Assembly (NCBI GenBank): GCA_038087875.1
Contig: CM075989.1
Location: 12,030,001-12,094,000, forward strand
Direction of reading: 5' to 3'
Length of the DNA: 64,000 bases
Source: Malacoraja senta
Taxonomy: Eukaryota
Both the position numbers and the translations under genes were made by a program. The notes beneath the pieces were generated by a model that did not search any database, was not told the origin of the DNA, and saw only the letters and a list, made by a program, of their open reading frames with translations. Shown piece after piece: positions 12,640 to 24,125 of this stretch (the stretch's first letter is position 1; each line of letters opens with the position of its first letter).

Positions 12640-12945
12640 GAATGCTGGGATGGGGTGGGCTGAGTATTGGGCTAGGATGGGGGCAGCAGAAGGTGGGACT
12701 GGGCTGGGGTAAGGTGGGCTGGTTTTGAGCTGGGGAGCGGCTGGGCTGGGGTAAGGTGGGCTGCTTATTGGGCTGAGGTGTGGGGTAGGCTGGCGTAAGG
12801 TGGGCTGGGTATTGGGTTGAGGTGGGGGTGGCAGGCGGTGGGCTGGTTATTCGTCTGGGGAGGGGTGATTACTGGGGTAATGGACGAGGTGATTTTGGGG
12901 AGAGGTGGGGACTTATTTGGTATTGGGATGAGCGTGGGTGAGGCT
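12640..12945. repeat. G-rich GGGCT/GGGGT pentamer-based low-complexity tract
   Basis: Repeated GGGCTGGGGTAAGGTGGGCT units. Confidence 0.8.
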
Positions 12946-13464
12946 GCAAATTCCAGGCTGTGAACAGAAATCCCACGGTGAACATCTTTTGTCCAAATGT
13001 GCTGAATAATCAGACACTAAAAGAATGGACCAGCAGTAATCACTAACACAGTAAGGATGACTGCAGACAGGACAAATCAGTTGTTGTTTTTAAATGTGTA
13101 AGTGGGATGCAGGAACAATAACATTTGCTAAAGCTGATTTAATTCTTAGGGTCTGAACGGCAACCATTGCATCCTTTCATCATATTTCACTAACCCCCTA
13201 TTCCAGCATCATTGAAGGGTGTCGGGCTCAGTGATGTGCCTCAGTTTCAAAGCTACCTTGTGACTTTACTTATGCTTTTGTCTGTGTGTAAAGATTCCAA
13301 CCTGCAGCTGGGTCTCTATGCTGTAGCCTAGTGGGCACTTCTCACTTAGAAAGTTGTGTGTTCAAGTCCCACTCCAGGCACTTTTAGATAGTAGAGCCAT
13401 AGCCTCATGCAACACTGAACTGGCCCTCCAGACCCCGAGTCCGTGCTGTCCATGAAATATCATT

Positions 13465-13910
13465 ATTTGTTTCTTATTACCACGTGTACCAAGATACAAT
13501 TACAATCTTAGTTTTGCATGCTGTCCAGGCAAATCATACCATACGCAAGGACTACAGGTAGTGTACAAAGAGAAAGGAAACAGCATAGAATATAGTTTTA
13601 CAACTGCAGGGAAAGTGCAGAATAAAAAAATGCAAGGGTTACAGCGAGTCTGATTGGGAGATCGGTAATTCATCTCGGGCATATGTGAGGACTTTCCCAG
13701 TCTGAAAACAGCGGGGAAGAAGCTGTTCTTCAATCTGGTTGTATGTGATTTCAAGCTTCTATATCTTTTGCCTGACGGGAGGGGCGAGAAGCGAGAATGA
13801 CCAAGGTAAAGCTGTGATGCATCCAGATAGGATGCTTTCTATTGTGCATCTGTAAAAACTGGTCAGAGTCATTAGAGAATGCCCGATTTCCTTAGCCTTC
13901 TGAGATAGCA
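13465..13910 (-). mobile_element. Rex1/Babar-type LINE 3' fragment
   Basis: Minus ORF KSHTTRLKNSFFPAVFRL. A homologous plus-strand copy lies at 14565-14875. Confidence 0.75.
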
Positions 13911-14564
13911 CCCATCTACACTAATCCTGTTCTTCTTCTCGGGTCAACACCAGTTCCCCTGCATTCACCTATACGAGGGGCAATTTACAGTAGACAATTA
14001 AACTCCAAACAAGGGTATATTAAGTCAGGTGCTCAGAGGGAACACTGTGCAGTTGTTAGGAAATATTAAACCAAGGTACTGTCATGAATATTTAATAAAA
14101 ACATTGTGGTGTGAATCTTAAATAGCAGGGGCTCTGTCCACGGTATGATATAAAAATCACCGAAAACAAACTAGCGTCATAGTTATACAGCACGGAAACA
14201 CACCCTTCGGCCCAATTCGTTCATACTGACCAAGATGGCACATCTAAGCTAGACCTATTTGCCCGCATTTAACTCTTATCCCTTTAAACGTCTCCTATTT
14301 ATGTACCTTTTCAAAATACTTTAAAATATTACTGTATCTGCCTCAGCTACTTCCTCTGCTGCTATTTCCATAGAGAATATCCAGTAATTGTGCTCAAATT
14401 CACTGTTGAACAAGAGAAGCATTCAGAATTCAGTCTGAAGAAGGGTCCTGAACCAAAACATGGTTTGTCCATTTCCCTCCATTGCAATCTTGCTGAGAGT
14501 TATAAACACATCCCACTCCATCACTCAAACCAGTCTTCCTCCTCCTCTGCCCGCACCCCCCCCC

Positions 14565-14875
14565 CCCCCCCCATTGATCCAGCCACTTCACACTGCCTGA
14601 GGAAAGCAGCAAACATAATCAATGACCACTCACACCTTGGTCGTCCTCTTTTCTCACCTCCACCTCCGGTCAAAAGATACAGAAGCTTAAAATCACATAC
14701 TGTACCACTCGATTTAAGAACAGTTTCTTACCAGTTGTTATCAGACTCTGGGCCAGTCCTCACATATGCCAGGGATGAATTGCCAATCTCCCAATCTAAC
14801 TCGCTGCAACTGCTTGCATATTTTTAATCTGCATTTTCTCTGTCGCTGTAACACAATATTCTACACTCTGTTTCC
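14565..14875 (+). mobile_element. Rex1/Babar-type LINE 3' fragment
   Basis: HCLRKAANIINDHSHLGRPLFS..KRYRSLKSHT matches the C-terminus of the Rex1 copy at 37.9 kb. Confidence 0.75.
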
Positions 14876-15654
14876 TTGCTGCCTGACCAGCTTAGTTCCT
14901 CCAGTAGTTTGTTTTATGCTGAAGATTCCAATATCTCCATTTAGAAGCATTTTGTCAGGTATAAAGGCTTGTGAGAGTTCAGGCTGCAGGTATATGAGTC
15001 ATGGTGAGCTTTGGGCGTGTGTTTAAACAAGCGGAAGCAGGCAAATCTTAGCAGCCGTTGCCCATTCAGAAAGCATCTGGCAATAGCTGCTCTGAGCAGA
15101 CCTATCCAGACTGGGACCCCTGCTGTTTGTGTGCCCAGAATGGTCCAGACACCATGTTTGACTGTGGCTTGGCTGTGCATGGGGCAACTTTTGCTGAAAG
15201 GCAGAAAGACGTGCAAGGATGGCTGAGAGTGAATTCAGCAGTTAGCCAGGTGTGAGGAACCTCTCTGCAGCCAACTGAATGTACAGAGGGATGGGAGTTT
15301 GTTGTCTCAAATGCCTGAGATGTGACAGGCAAATTTATCTGTGGATTAGGGCGTGAAGAAGGCAAGGCCTGGAGTGATGCTGACACATTGGACTATAAAT
15401 CAGCTCCTAACGACTGTGGAGCTGGGAGGGAGTATGTCAGGCAGCATCTGAAGAAAAAGAATAGGCAACGTTTCGGGTCCAGACCCTTCTTCTCTGAATT
15501 GATGGTAATTATTTGCAATAATTTGCTTGCCTGGAAATGGTCATCTTCAACAGTATGGCACTCAACCAGAACTACGGATAAACATTAGAAATGAGAGCAG
15601 AAAATAGGCATTCAACCTCACCCGAATCGTCCACTCAATAAAAACATGTGCAAA

Positions 15655-17300
15655 TGGGTGGTTAGATCACACGGGGTCTAGGGCGAGCTAGAAAATTGGA
15701 TACAAAATTGGTTTGAAGGTAGAGATAGAGGGTAGTGATAAAGGGCAGTTTCTCAGTCTGGAGACCAGTAATAAGTGGTGTGCCACAGGGGTCAATGCTG
15801 GGTCCACTGTTGTTCATTATTTATATTTAACAATTTCAATGAGAATGTAGGTGGCATGGTTAATAAATTTGCAGATGACTCTAGACTTGGTGGTATAGTG
15901 GACAGTGAGGAAGGTTATTTAATATTACAACTGGATTTTGATCAACTGGACAAATGGGCCAAAGAATGGCAGATGGAGTTTAATTCCGATAAATGTGAGG
16001 TGTTGCACTTTGGTAAGATAAATCAGGGCATGACTTACACAGTAAACTGTAGAGCCCTGGGAGGTGTTATAGAACAGAGAGATCTAGTGGGGCAGGTACA
16101 TCATTTTATGAAAGTAGACAGGGTGATGAAGAAGCCATTTGATATGTTTGACTTCATCAATCAGGGTTTTGAGTATAGGTTACAGCTATCCAAGATATTT
16201 GCAGTATGTGTAAACTTGTGTTCAGGAATGATGTTATGCTATTCTATAGGAATGAGGTTAATAAACTGCAAATGGATGCAAAAAAGACTTACAAGGATGT
16301 TACTGGGTCTAGATTTTGAGTTTTAAGGAGAGACTGAATAGGCTAGGACTTTTTTCCATAGAGCATAGGAGGCTGAGGGGAAATAATTAGTGGTTTATAA
16401 AAGCATGAGCAGCATAGATAAGGTGAAGAGCCACATTCTTTTCCTCAGGGAGTCTAAAACTAGAGTAATTAACTAAACTAAAATGAAAACAGAGCCGCAC
16501 ATTGGTACAGCGATAGAGCTGCTGCCTTACACACTGGAGACTGGTTTGATCCTGACTATGGGTGCTGTTTATACAGAGTTTATATGTTCCCTCTGTGACC
16601 ATGTGTTTTTTCTCTGGTTTCCTTCAATATTCCAAAGACATGCAGGTTTATAGATAGTTGGCTTCTGTAAATTGTTCCTAGTCTGTTGGGTAGACCAATG
16701 TATGGGTGATCGTTGGTTGGCGTGCAATCAGTGGGCCGAAAGAGGTGTTTCCACACCGTATCTATGAAACAAAAAACTAAAACTAGAGGGCATAGGTTTA
16801 AGGTGAGAGAGGAAAGATTTAAAAGATACCTGAGAGGTAACATTTTCACACAGAAGGTGATATGTGCATGGAGTGATCTGCAAGAGGAGGTGGTAGAAGC
16901 GGGTACAATTATGACATTTAAAAGACACTTGGGAAAGGACAGGATGGGAAAGGTTTGGATGGATATGGATCAGGACAGGGAAGTAGGACTAGATCAGTTG
17001 GGCAACTTGGTTGGCATGGATGAGGTGGGTTAGTCTTAGAGTCATGCAGCATGGACACAGGCCCTTTGGCCCAACTTGTCCACAGTGAACAACATGTTCC
17101 ATCTACACAAATCTCACCTGCCTGCATTTGGCCCATATCCCTCCAAACCTGTCCTATCCATGTACCTGTCTAATTGTTTCTTAAACGTTGCAATCGTCCC
17201 TGCCTAAACTACCTCCTCTGGCACCTCCTTCCATACACCCACCATCCTTTGTGTGAATGGGTTGGTGGGTCTCTTTCTGTGCTATATCAATCGCTGACTC
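15655..17300 (+). mobile_element. Degenerate CR1 RT fragment plus 3' UTR with nested SINE and nested inverted CR1 tail
   Basis: KFADDSRLGG, WQMEFNSDKCEVLHFG and RGHRFKVREERF. A minus-strand CR1 3' end lies at about 17035-17257. Confidence 0.85.
16466..16776 (+). mobile_element. V-SINE inserted in CR1 with 12 bp TSD
   Basis: TSD CTAAAACTAGAG at 16454-16465 and 16777-16788. The SINE head starts at about 16494. Confidence 0.85.
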
Positions 17301-17759
17301 TCTGACTATCTTTGAGAATACTTAATATTCACTGCCCGCTGGGTGTAGGAATTTCTTCTTTTCTCTGCCCCGAATGGACAGCCATTCGTTTGAAAATGTA
17401 ATCTCTGCTTCAAGCCACTGCAACCTCACCCCATCAGCCACAGGAAACACCATCTCTACATCTGCCCCATCAAACCACATAAGAATTTGGTTTCAATGAA
17501 ATCACCTCTGGTGCTCTGAAACTCTTGACACTTTGCACACTCTGCTTAATCTCTCCCCAGAGGACAAATCCTCTCCAACAGTTCAGTGCCCCTCAGTTCT
17601 GCCCCTTCAGCACCGTCCCACCTCTGTGTGCCGAAATTCTGTACTCCGAGAGTAGGTGTTGGAGCTGTAACCTCCGGTCTGGGCTGTGTCCAGCTCCCTT
17701 CCTTTGATGCCCAGGACCCCGAACACTGCAAAACCCCGAATCCCGACAAACTTCTTTCG

Positions 17760-17900
17760 CCCAGGACGGGATGGGCGGGTTCATCTAACATCAATCATGG
17801 CGGGAAGGGCGGGGTTGGAGGGCGGAGTTGGAGCTGGGAGTTTGTCAATGGGCCGATGCGCTGCTTTTAGCCGAGTGAAGAACCGGGCTTCGCTCAGTCG
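17760..17900 (+). promoter_or_regulatory. CpG-island promoter: three GC boxes and an Inr-like TCAGT
   Basis: GGGCGG at about 17773, 17807 and 17820. TCAGT at 17894-17898. CpG-dense from about 17.75 to 18.5 kb. Confidence 0.65.
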
Positions 17901-18110
17901 CTGCCGCTCATCCATCCCGGACGAGGTGTCGCCAGTCACGGAGCAGGGCTGCGAGCCCCGCGGTACAACTACGGCCCGGGAGAGGAGAAGAGAGGAGAGC
18001 GAGGGAACTGGCACGCGGCGTCCGCACCCTTTCACCCACATCACCTTATCACTTTTCCAGCCAACTTTTCTCCGCCATGTGTTGGACGGAGAATTGATAA
18101 GGGCATGCGG
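17895..18110 (+). other. Probable first exon of an unidentified plus-strand gene
   Basis: Lies inside the CpG island and ends at the strong donor CGG|GTGAGC (GT at 18111). Contains a uORF MCWTEN* (18077-18097) and ATG CGG (18105-18110) directly before the donor. Confidence 0.55.
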
Positions 18111-18924
18111 GTGAGCTGAGCTTCGAGACGTGGGGGACGAGCTGCTTTGCTGCCGGACTGTGAGAGGGTGCAGTGAGTGTGCGGGGGGGAAGGGGAAGTT
18201 GGGCAGCGGGTGGGGCTGCGGTGTCGGTGTGAGAGAGTTGCTACATCGTTTGCATTGAGTTTCACTGCGCGCGAGTTGTGTTGCGCGTGCACCAGTCAGT
18301 GGCATCACGCGCGTACACATGCACCAGTGGCAGGGTCGCGACGCGCGCGTTTGTATGTGCGAGACATTGGCGAAGCGTGCGAGAGATAGTCGCGTACTTG
18401 TGAAGAAGGGATGGCGTCGCATGTGTGAGTGGGCGGCGCGTTTGCATGTGGGTTGTGTTGCGTGTGAGCAGCGGCAGCAACACATTCTGTTCAACTTTGC
18501 CCTGGGGCATTTCAGCTGGTAAGATTTATAAAAAGTTCCTGAACTACTTCAGAAAATAGGCAAGGGTTCCTCTTTTAAAAAGTGTCCTTCGGAGAAATGC
18601 AACTTTCCCCGCTGATGGTCAACATGTCACTCCTCTCATGAAGGAATGCCTTCTCTGCACCCATCCTTTGGTTTCGTGGAATGTTTGTTAATGAGATTTC
18701 TTGAATTACTGGTTTATGTGCAGCTCCACTGAGAGCTGTCGCTCACTCGGGTGTCAAGGTAGAAATATCTCTGCTCCACTCTCAACTCCCGCGGAAGACA
18801 TGTTATAAAGGTTGCAGCTCCTCGCAGCTCCTTTTAATCCCTTTCATGAACCCAGGATAACTCACCGCCTTTGAAGAGGGTTCACAGTTGTAGCGGAGGA
18901 AATGCAGCAGCCAATGTATGCAGA

Positions 18925-19655
18925 GCCAGCTCTTTCCAGGTGAGACATGGTTCACATGCACCTTTAACCTCATCTACTGCTCTACTACCTCATCTCTGCT
19001 ATAGGATCTTTGCTGCATTCGGTGTTCCTGATCAGGCCTCCTTTACATCTGCAATACCAAATTTACACTCGGCGACCATTTCGCCGAACACTTGCGCTCA
19101 GTTGCTAACCATTTTAGCTACCCTTCCCATTATCATACTGATTTTTCTGTTCTGGGCCTTCTCCATTGCCAGAGTGAGGCCACATGCAAACTGAAGAAAC
19201 AGCAACCCATATTCTGCTTGAATAATTTACAACCTAAAGGTATGAAGAATTAATTCTCCAATGTTAAGTAACTAACCAAGCTACAAACAACCTTTCCTTC
19301 CTCCCTCTCCCCTTCCCTGTGTCTCAGCGGATTCATACCCATTCCTCCAATTCCACCTCCCCTCCAACCTATATTCCTTCCTCTGGCTTCACAACTTGCT
19401 CTTCTCTCCTTATCTTATGCCTTTTGTCTTTTCATCTCTGGTCTTTGTCCAATTATTTGCCTATCAACACCCCTCTCCCCCCCACACACACACACCTATC
19501 ACTCACCAGGCTTTGTCCTGTCACTCTTCTCTTCCAGCTCTCTCTTACCCCCCACCCTAATCAGACTGAAGATGGGCCCTGACCTGAAATCTAACCTATC
19601 CATGTTCAGTAGAGATGCTGCCTGACCCTGAGTTACTCCAGCACTCCCTGTCTTA
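18925..19655 (+). mobile_element. Old Penelope-like 3' fragment (GIY-YIG remnant plus pLTR)
   Basis: TCTTTCCAGGTGAGAC...AACCTCATCTACTG...TTCGCCGAACAC is homologous to the 21660-21990 segment. Confidence 0.75.
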
Positions 19656-19804
19656 TTTTACCATTTATATTGTCTGGGTAGAGCAGAAAGGTTTTCAGTT
19701 TATCACCTCATCCAAAATATGCCACCTCTGGCAGTGCAGCACTCTCCCGGTATTGCACAGTTTAGATTTGTGCTCAGATATTGGAAGACTGAAACTCACA
19801 ATCT

Positions 19805-20730
19805 GATCAGTCTGAAAAAGAGTCCCAACCTGAAACGGCGTCTGTCCATTCCCCCCATAGATACTGCCTGACCCTCCATCATAGCCATAGTCATAGAGTG
19901 TCACTGAGAGGTTTTGATTGGCGATTGGTGGACAATGGCTGAAGAAAATGAGACAAAAGTGTGCAGATAATGAGAGATGAGTGAAATTAAAGCGGGATAT
20001 AGGTGGAAGAGGAGAGTGGGAAGAAGGATGGATAGTGGGAGAAATAGGTGAATGCAGGGTGATGGTTAGCATCGGAAGGCAGAAGTGCCTGGGGGAGGGA
20101 AGGGGTGGGTGAGGTGCGATGAGCAAACCATGGAGTCATGGAGAGAGTGGTCTCTGAAAACAAGGAAGAGGAAGGGTGGGGACAGGAAGATGTGACAGGT
20201 GGTGGGATAACATTGGCGATGTCAGAGAATTATGTATTGGATGCAGAAGAAGGTGGGGTGAAAAATAAGGACCAGGGGACTCTATTCATTTCTGTCTTGA
20301 GAAAACAGAGGAGTGAGAGCAGAACTACAGGATACGGAGGAAACATGTGAGGGCTTCATCCACAACAGCAAGGTGTTTGGGGGGGCACCATATTTACTGA
20401 AGTAAGAGAACATCTAAGATGTCCTTGAAAGGAAAGGTTCATCTTGAGAACGAGTGTAGCAGAGACAGAGAAACTGAGACATTTCTTGCAAGGGACAGGA
20501 TCTGAGGAGGAAGAGTCATGGTAGTTGTGGGAGTCACTGAGTTTGTAGGAGATGTCTGCGGATAGTTTCTCTCTTGAAATGGAGACAGAAAGATCAAGAA
20601 AGAGGAGAGAGGTGCCAGAGCAGATCAGGTGAACTTGAGGGTGGGGTGGGAGTTAGTGATGAAGTTGATGACATTGACGGGTTCTACACGGGTGCAGAAG
20701 CAGTTGTCAATGTAGTTAGCGGAAGAGTGG
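19805..20730 (-). mobile_element. Old Penelope-like RT/linker fragment with an adjacent plus-strand pLTR piece
   Basis: Minus-strand YIDNC...NFITNSHPTLKFT parallels YIDDC...FTTNFHPALKYT of the 55-56 kb copy. Confidence 0.65.
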
Positions 20731-21048
20731 GGGAGTGGTGCCGAGGTGTGTTTGGAGTAAAGAATGTTGATGAAGGTGTACAAAATTGAGGAGGTGGGTA
20801 GTAAGAATATTCTTCCCAAGCTGTTTAAGGTACAGGTGAGGTGCAGAAGGTGTAGAGGAGATTTGAGGACAATTTATTTTTATGGGGAGTGCTTGGAATC
20901 TGGAATTCTGGGGAGTGAAGGAGGCAGAAACTCTCTCAACATTTAGGAAGCATCTGACCTGCACTTGAAATGCCAAAGCATTGAACGCTATGGACCAAAT
21001 GTGGGTAAATGTGACTCGGATGGATAAATAATGGTCAGCATTGACATG

Positions 21049-22179
21049 TTTAAGAAAGAACTGCAGATGCTGGAAAAATCGAAGGTAGACAAAAATGCTG
21101 GAGAAACTCAGTGGGTGAGGCAGCATCTATGGAGCGAAGGAATAGGTGACGTTTCGGGTGAGACCCTTCTTCAGACTTGTGTGGGGGGGGGGGTGGGGGG
21201 TGCGGGAAGAAGAAATGAAGAGGCGGAGACAGACTGTGGGAGAGCTGGGAAAGGGAGGGGAAGGAGGGAGAAAGCCAGGACTACCTGAAATTGGAGAAGT
21301 CAATGTTCATACCACTGGGGTGTAAACTACCCAAGCGAAATATGAGGTGCTGCTCCTCCAATATGCGGTGGGACTCTGGCCATGGAGGAGGCCCAGGCCA
21401 TCTTGTCCTCACCTTCCACCCTACCAGCCGTCACAACAGATAATCCTCCGACATTTTTGCCACCTCCAACGTGAACCCACCACTGGCCACATCTTCTCAT
21501 CTCCCTTTTCAGCTTTCCGCAGAGACCGCTCTCTCCGTAACTTCGTCCCTTCCCACCCAAACCACCCCCTCCCCGGTACTTTCCCTTGCAACTGCAGGAA
21601 ATGCTACACTTGTCGCTTTACCTCCCCCCTTGACTCCATCCAAGGACCCAAGCAGTCTTTCCAGGTGAGGCAGAAGTTCACCTGCACCTCCTCCAACCTC
21701 ATCTATTGCATCCGCTGTTCTAGGTGTCAACTGCTCTACATCGGTGAGACCAAGCGCAGGCTTGGTGATCGCTTCGCCCAACACCTCCACTCAGTTCGCA
21801 TTAACCAACCGGATCTCCCGGTGGCTCAGCACTTCAACTCCCCCTTCCATTCAGAATCTGACCTTTCTGTCCTGGGCCTCCTTCCTGGCCAGAGTGAGTC
21901 CCACTGCAAATTGGAGGAGCAGCACCTAATATTTCGCTTGGGTAGTTTACACCCCAGCGGTATGAACATTGACTTCTCCAATTTCAGGTAGTCCTTGCTT
22001 TCTCCCTCCTTCCCCTCCCCTTCCCTGCTTTCCCACAGTGTACTGTCTCCGCCTCTTCCTTTCTTCTTCCCGCCCCCCCACATCAGTCTGAAGAAGGGTC
22101 TTGACTCGAAACGTCACCTATTCCTTCGCTCCATAGATGCTGCCTCACCCGCTGAGTTTCTCCAGCATTTTTGTCTACT
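21049..22179 (+). mobile_element. Penelope-like (Neptune-type) element with inverted terminal arm and 15 bp TSD
   Basis: TSD GTCAGCATTGACATG at 21034-21048 and 22180-22194. 21049-21398 is the reverse complement of the element's own 3' end. Inserted in a CR1 3' UTR. Confidence 0.95.
21400..21991 (+). pseudogene. Penelope Cys-linker plus GIY-YIG endonuclease fragment
   Basis: GTFPCNCRKCYTC...NLIYCIRCSRCQLLYIGETKRRLGDRFAQH...LEEQHLIFRLGSLHPSGMN. 5'-truncated, no RT. Confidence 0.9.
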
Positions 22180-22700
22180 GTCAGCATTGACATGGTGGGA
22201 TATGGGGCCTGTTCCTGACTTTGAAAATATTACCTTGGTGGAACTTGGGTAAAATCCACGCCCCACCATCATAGCTGACCTTGTATGTATCAGGGCCACA
22301 CTCCCCGGGGCTAACTGGAGGAGAGATTAACTGCACCATCCTGAACCCCTGGCTTCCTGCCCGACACCAGCAGCAGAACTGTTGCACTGCAAGTTTGTGA
22401 AATGCATTTCATTTCTTGCTTCCTGAATGGAACTACCACAAGATGGCAACAGCATGCCAGAGTTGTAGAAATAAGGAACTGCAGATGCTGGTTTACCAAG
22501 GAAAGATGCAAAATGCTGGAGTAACTCAATGGGTCAGGCAGTATCCTTGGAGAAAATGGATAGGTAATGTTTTGGGTGAGGACCATTCATCAGACTGATC
22601 CCACAGTTCACACCTGTGCACTCAGCTATTGTTTAATGTAAAAAGATAATGGTATTCCTTCCTTCACCATCCTTGGATTTCCAATACAATTCACTGCGAG

Positions 22701-23827
22701 CAGTGACGGATTTAGATGAAGAGAGGACCTGGGCTATTCCACTTGTGAGGCCCCTCCCAATCCCCCACCGCCCACGACTAGAGGAAGATGGAAGAGTGTT
22801 TTAAATAATTTGAGTAAAGCCAAAGATGATGACGGATGTTTAAAATTCCGCAATTCGCAATTCCTTCTCTAAAGGACATAAAATGTTATTGTTAAATACC
22901 GTAGTGATCTAATTTTTTTTATAAATGTTAAAATTAACACAGTGAAAAACTTTTGCTATAACCAAACTGTAAACATTTTGTGGAATAAGCAGGAATTTTT
23001 AGGAAAATAAAATTGTAAGATTACTGTTATATTAAATTAAAAAAAAACACAAACAAATAAAGTAAAATTAATCTTCAACAGTTATTAGAAAAGAATACAT
23101 GAAGGGGTGTTCTCACAAAATGGGGTCCATTTGAGTGAAGAAAAAAAAATCTGTATAATATTTGGGAAATATTTCTTAAAGAATTGTTCCTTTTGGACAA
23201 TTATATTGTAAAATCTGAATCAAACCTGCTTCCAAAAACGAGAATGCTTTTTCCTATCGTTAACAAGGATGCTACAAATAAACTTAGTTTTATTACTAAC
23301 CTGACAGTGGCAGCCACAGCACTAAACAGTAGGTTTCTAGCAACGATTATCAGCTCTACCCCTAGCATTGCTCCTTGCCAAATTCCTAGTTCAAATATCT
23401 TGCACTTTCCTACTTACCCCTGAGTTTTGACTTTTGAAGCCTGCAAGTATCCAAAGATGTTCCCTGCACCCGCCATCGCTGCTTACTGGAGCACGTGTGA
23501 AAGTTTGCCAGACGCTGGTGCCACCAGATTGACACCGATGTGCAGCCGAGCGTGGCCAATGAGATAAGGGGCTGGAAAGCTGCGCTTTTTAAACATTTAT
23601 TTATTGCCTGTGCTGGTGTCGAGTTATCGGCTTAAAACAGTATTATTCTGAAATGGAGGGCAAGGAAATTTACTAAAGGGTTGTTTAGAGACTACAGTGC
23701 GTTGTGACAGCATATGTAAGAAAGGCCTATGACAGTGTCAAAAATATTATACACCTTGGCCGGAGGCCCCCTAGATTTTGAGGCCCTAGGCTTCAGACTA
23801 CCAGACCTGTAGGTAAATCCGGCACTG
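22701..23827. mobile_element. Non-autonomous hAT-type DNA transposon (1127 bp)
   Basis: 14 bp TIRs CAGTGACGGATTTA / TAAATCCGGCACTG (1 mismatch). 8 bp TSD ACTGCGAG (22693-22700) / ACTGCAAG (23828-23835). GAGGCCC subterminal motifs at both ends. Confidence 0.9.
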
Positions 23828-23839
23828 ACTGCAAGAGAA

Positions 23840-24125
23840 TCAGACAGCTCCAGCAACCCGAGTTGAATCCTGACTTCTGGTACCGTTTGTGTGGAGTTTG
23901 CATGTTCTCCCTGTGACTGTGTGGGTTTCCCAAGGGTGCTCCAGTTTTCACAAAATGTCCCCAAGATGTGCGGGTCAGTGGATTAATTGACTGCTGTAAA
24001 TTGTGTAGTGTCAAGAGAATTGGGAGGAGGGGGGGAGAGGATTAATAGGTTACATGGAAATAAATGGGGGAAGGGATTGTTCTGATGCATCTCTATGGGC
24101 TGAATGGCTTCCTACATTGTATGAA
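23840..24125 (+). mobile_element. V-SINE, degenerate
   Basis: GAGTTGAATCCTGAC B box, then the TGTGTGGAGTTTGCATGTTCTCCC V core. Confidence 0.7.

Noticed and set aside
12640..12945. Immunoglobulin switch-region-like GGGCT repeats
   Set aside because: Only about 300 bp, poor in AGCT, and no Ig exons nearby. Treated as G-rich low complexity.
17686..18494. 142 aa (+) and 237 aa (-) ORFs in the CpG island as proteins
   Set aside because: Arg/Ala/Cys-rich translations typical of stop-poor GC-rich DNA, with no recognisable domain.
23184..23423. 79 aa ORF as a hAT transposase dimerisation-domain remnant
   Set aside because: Only a vague FP..K..LTV resemblance; the diagnostic ERSFS-type motif is missing.
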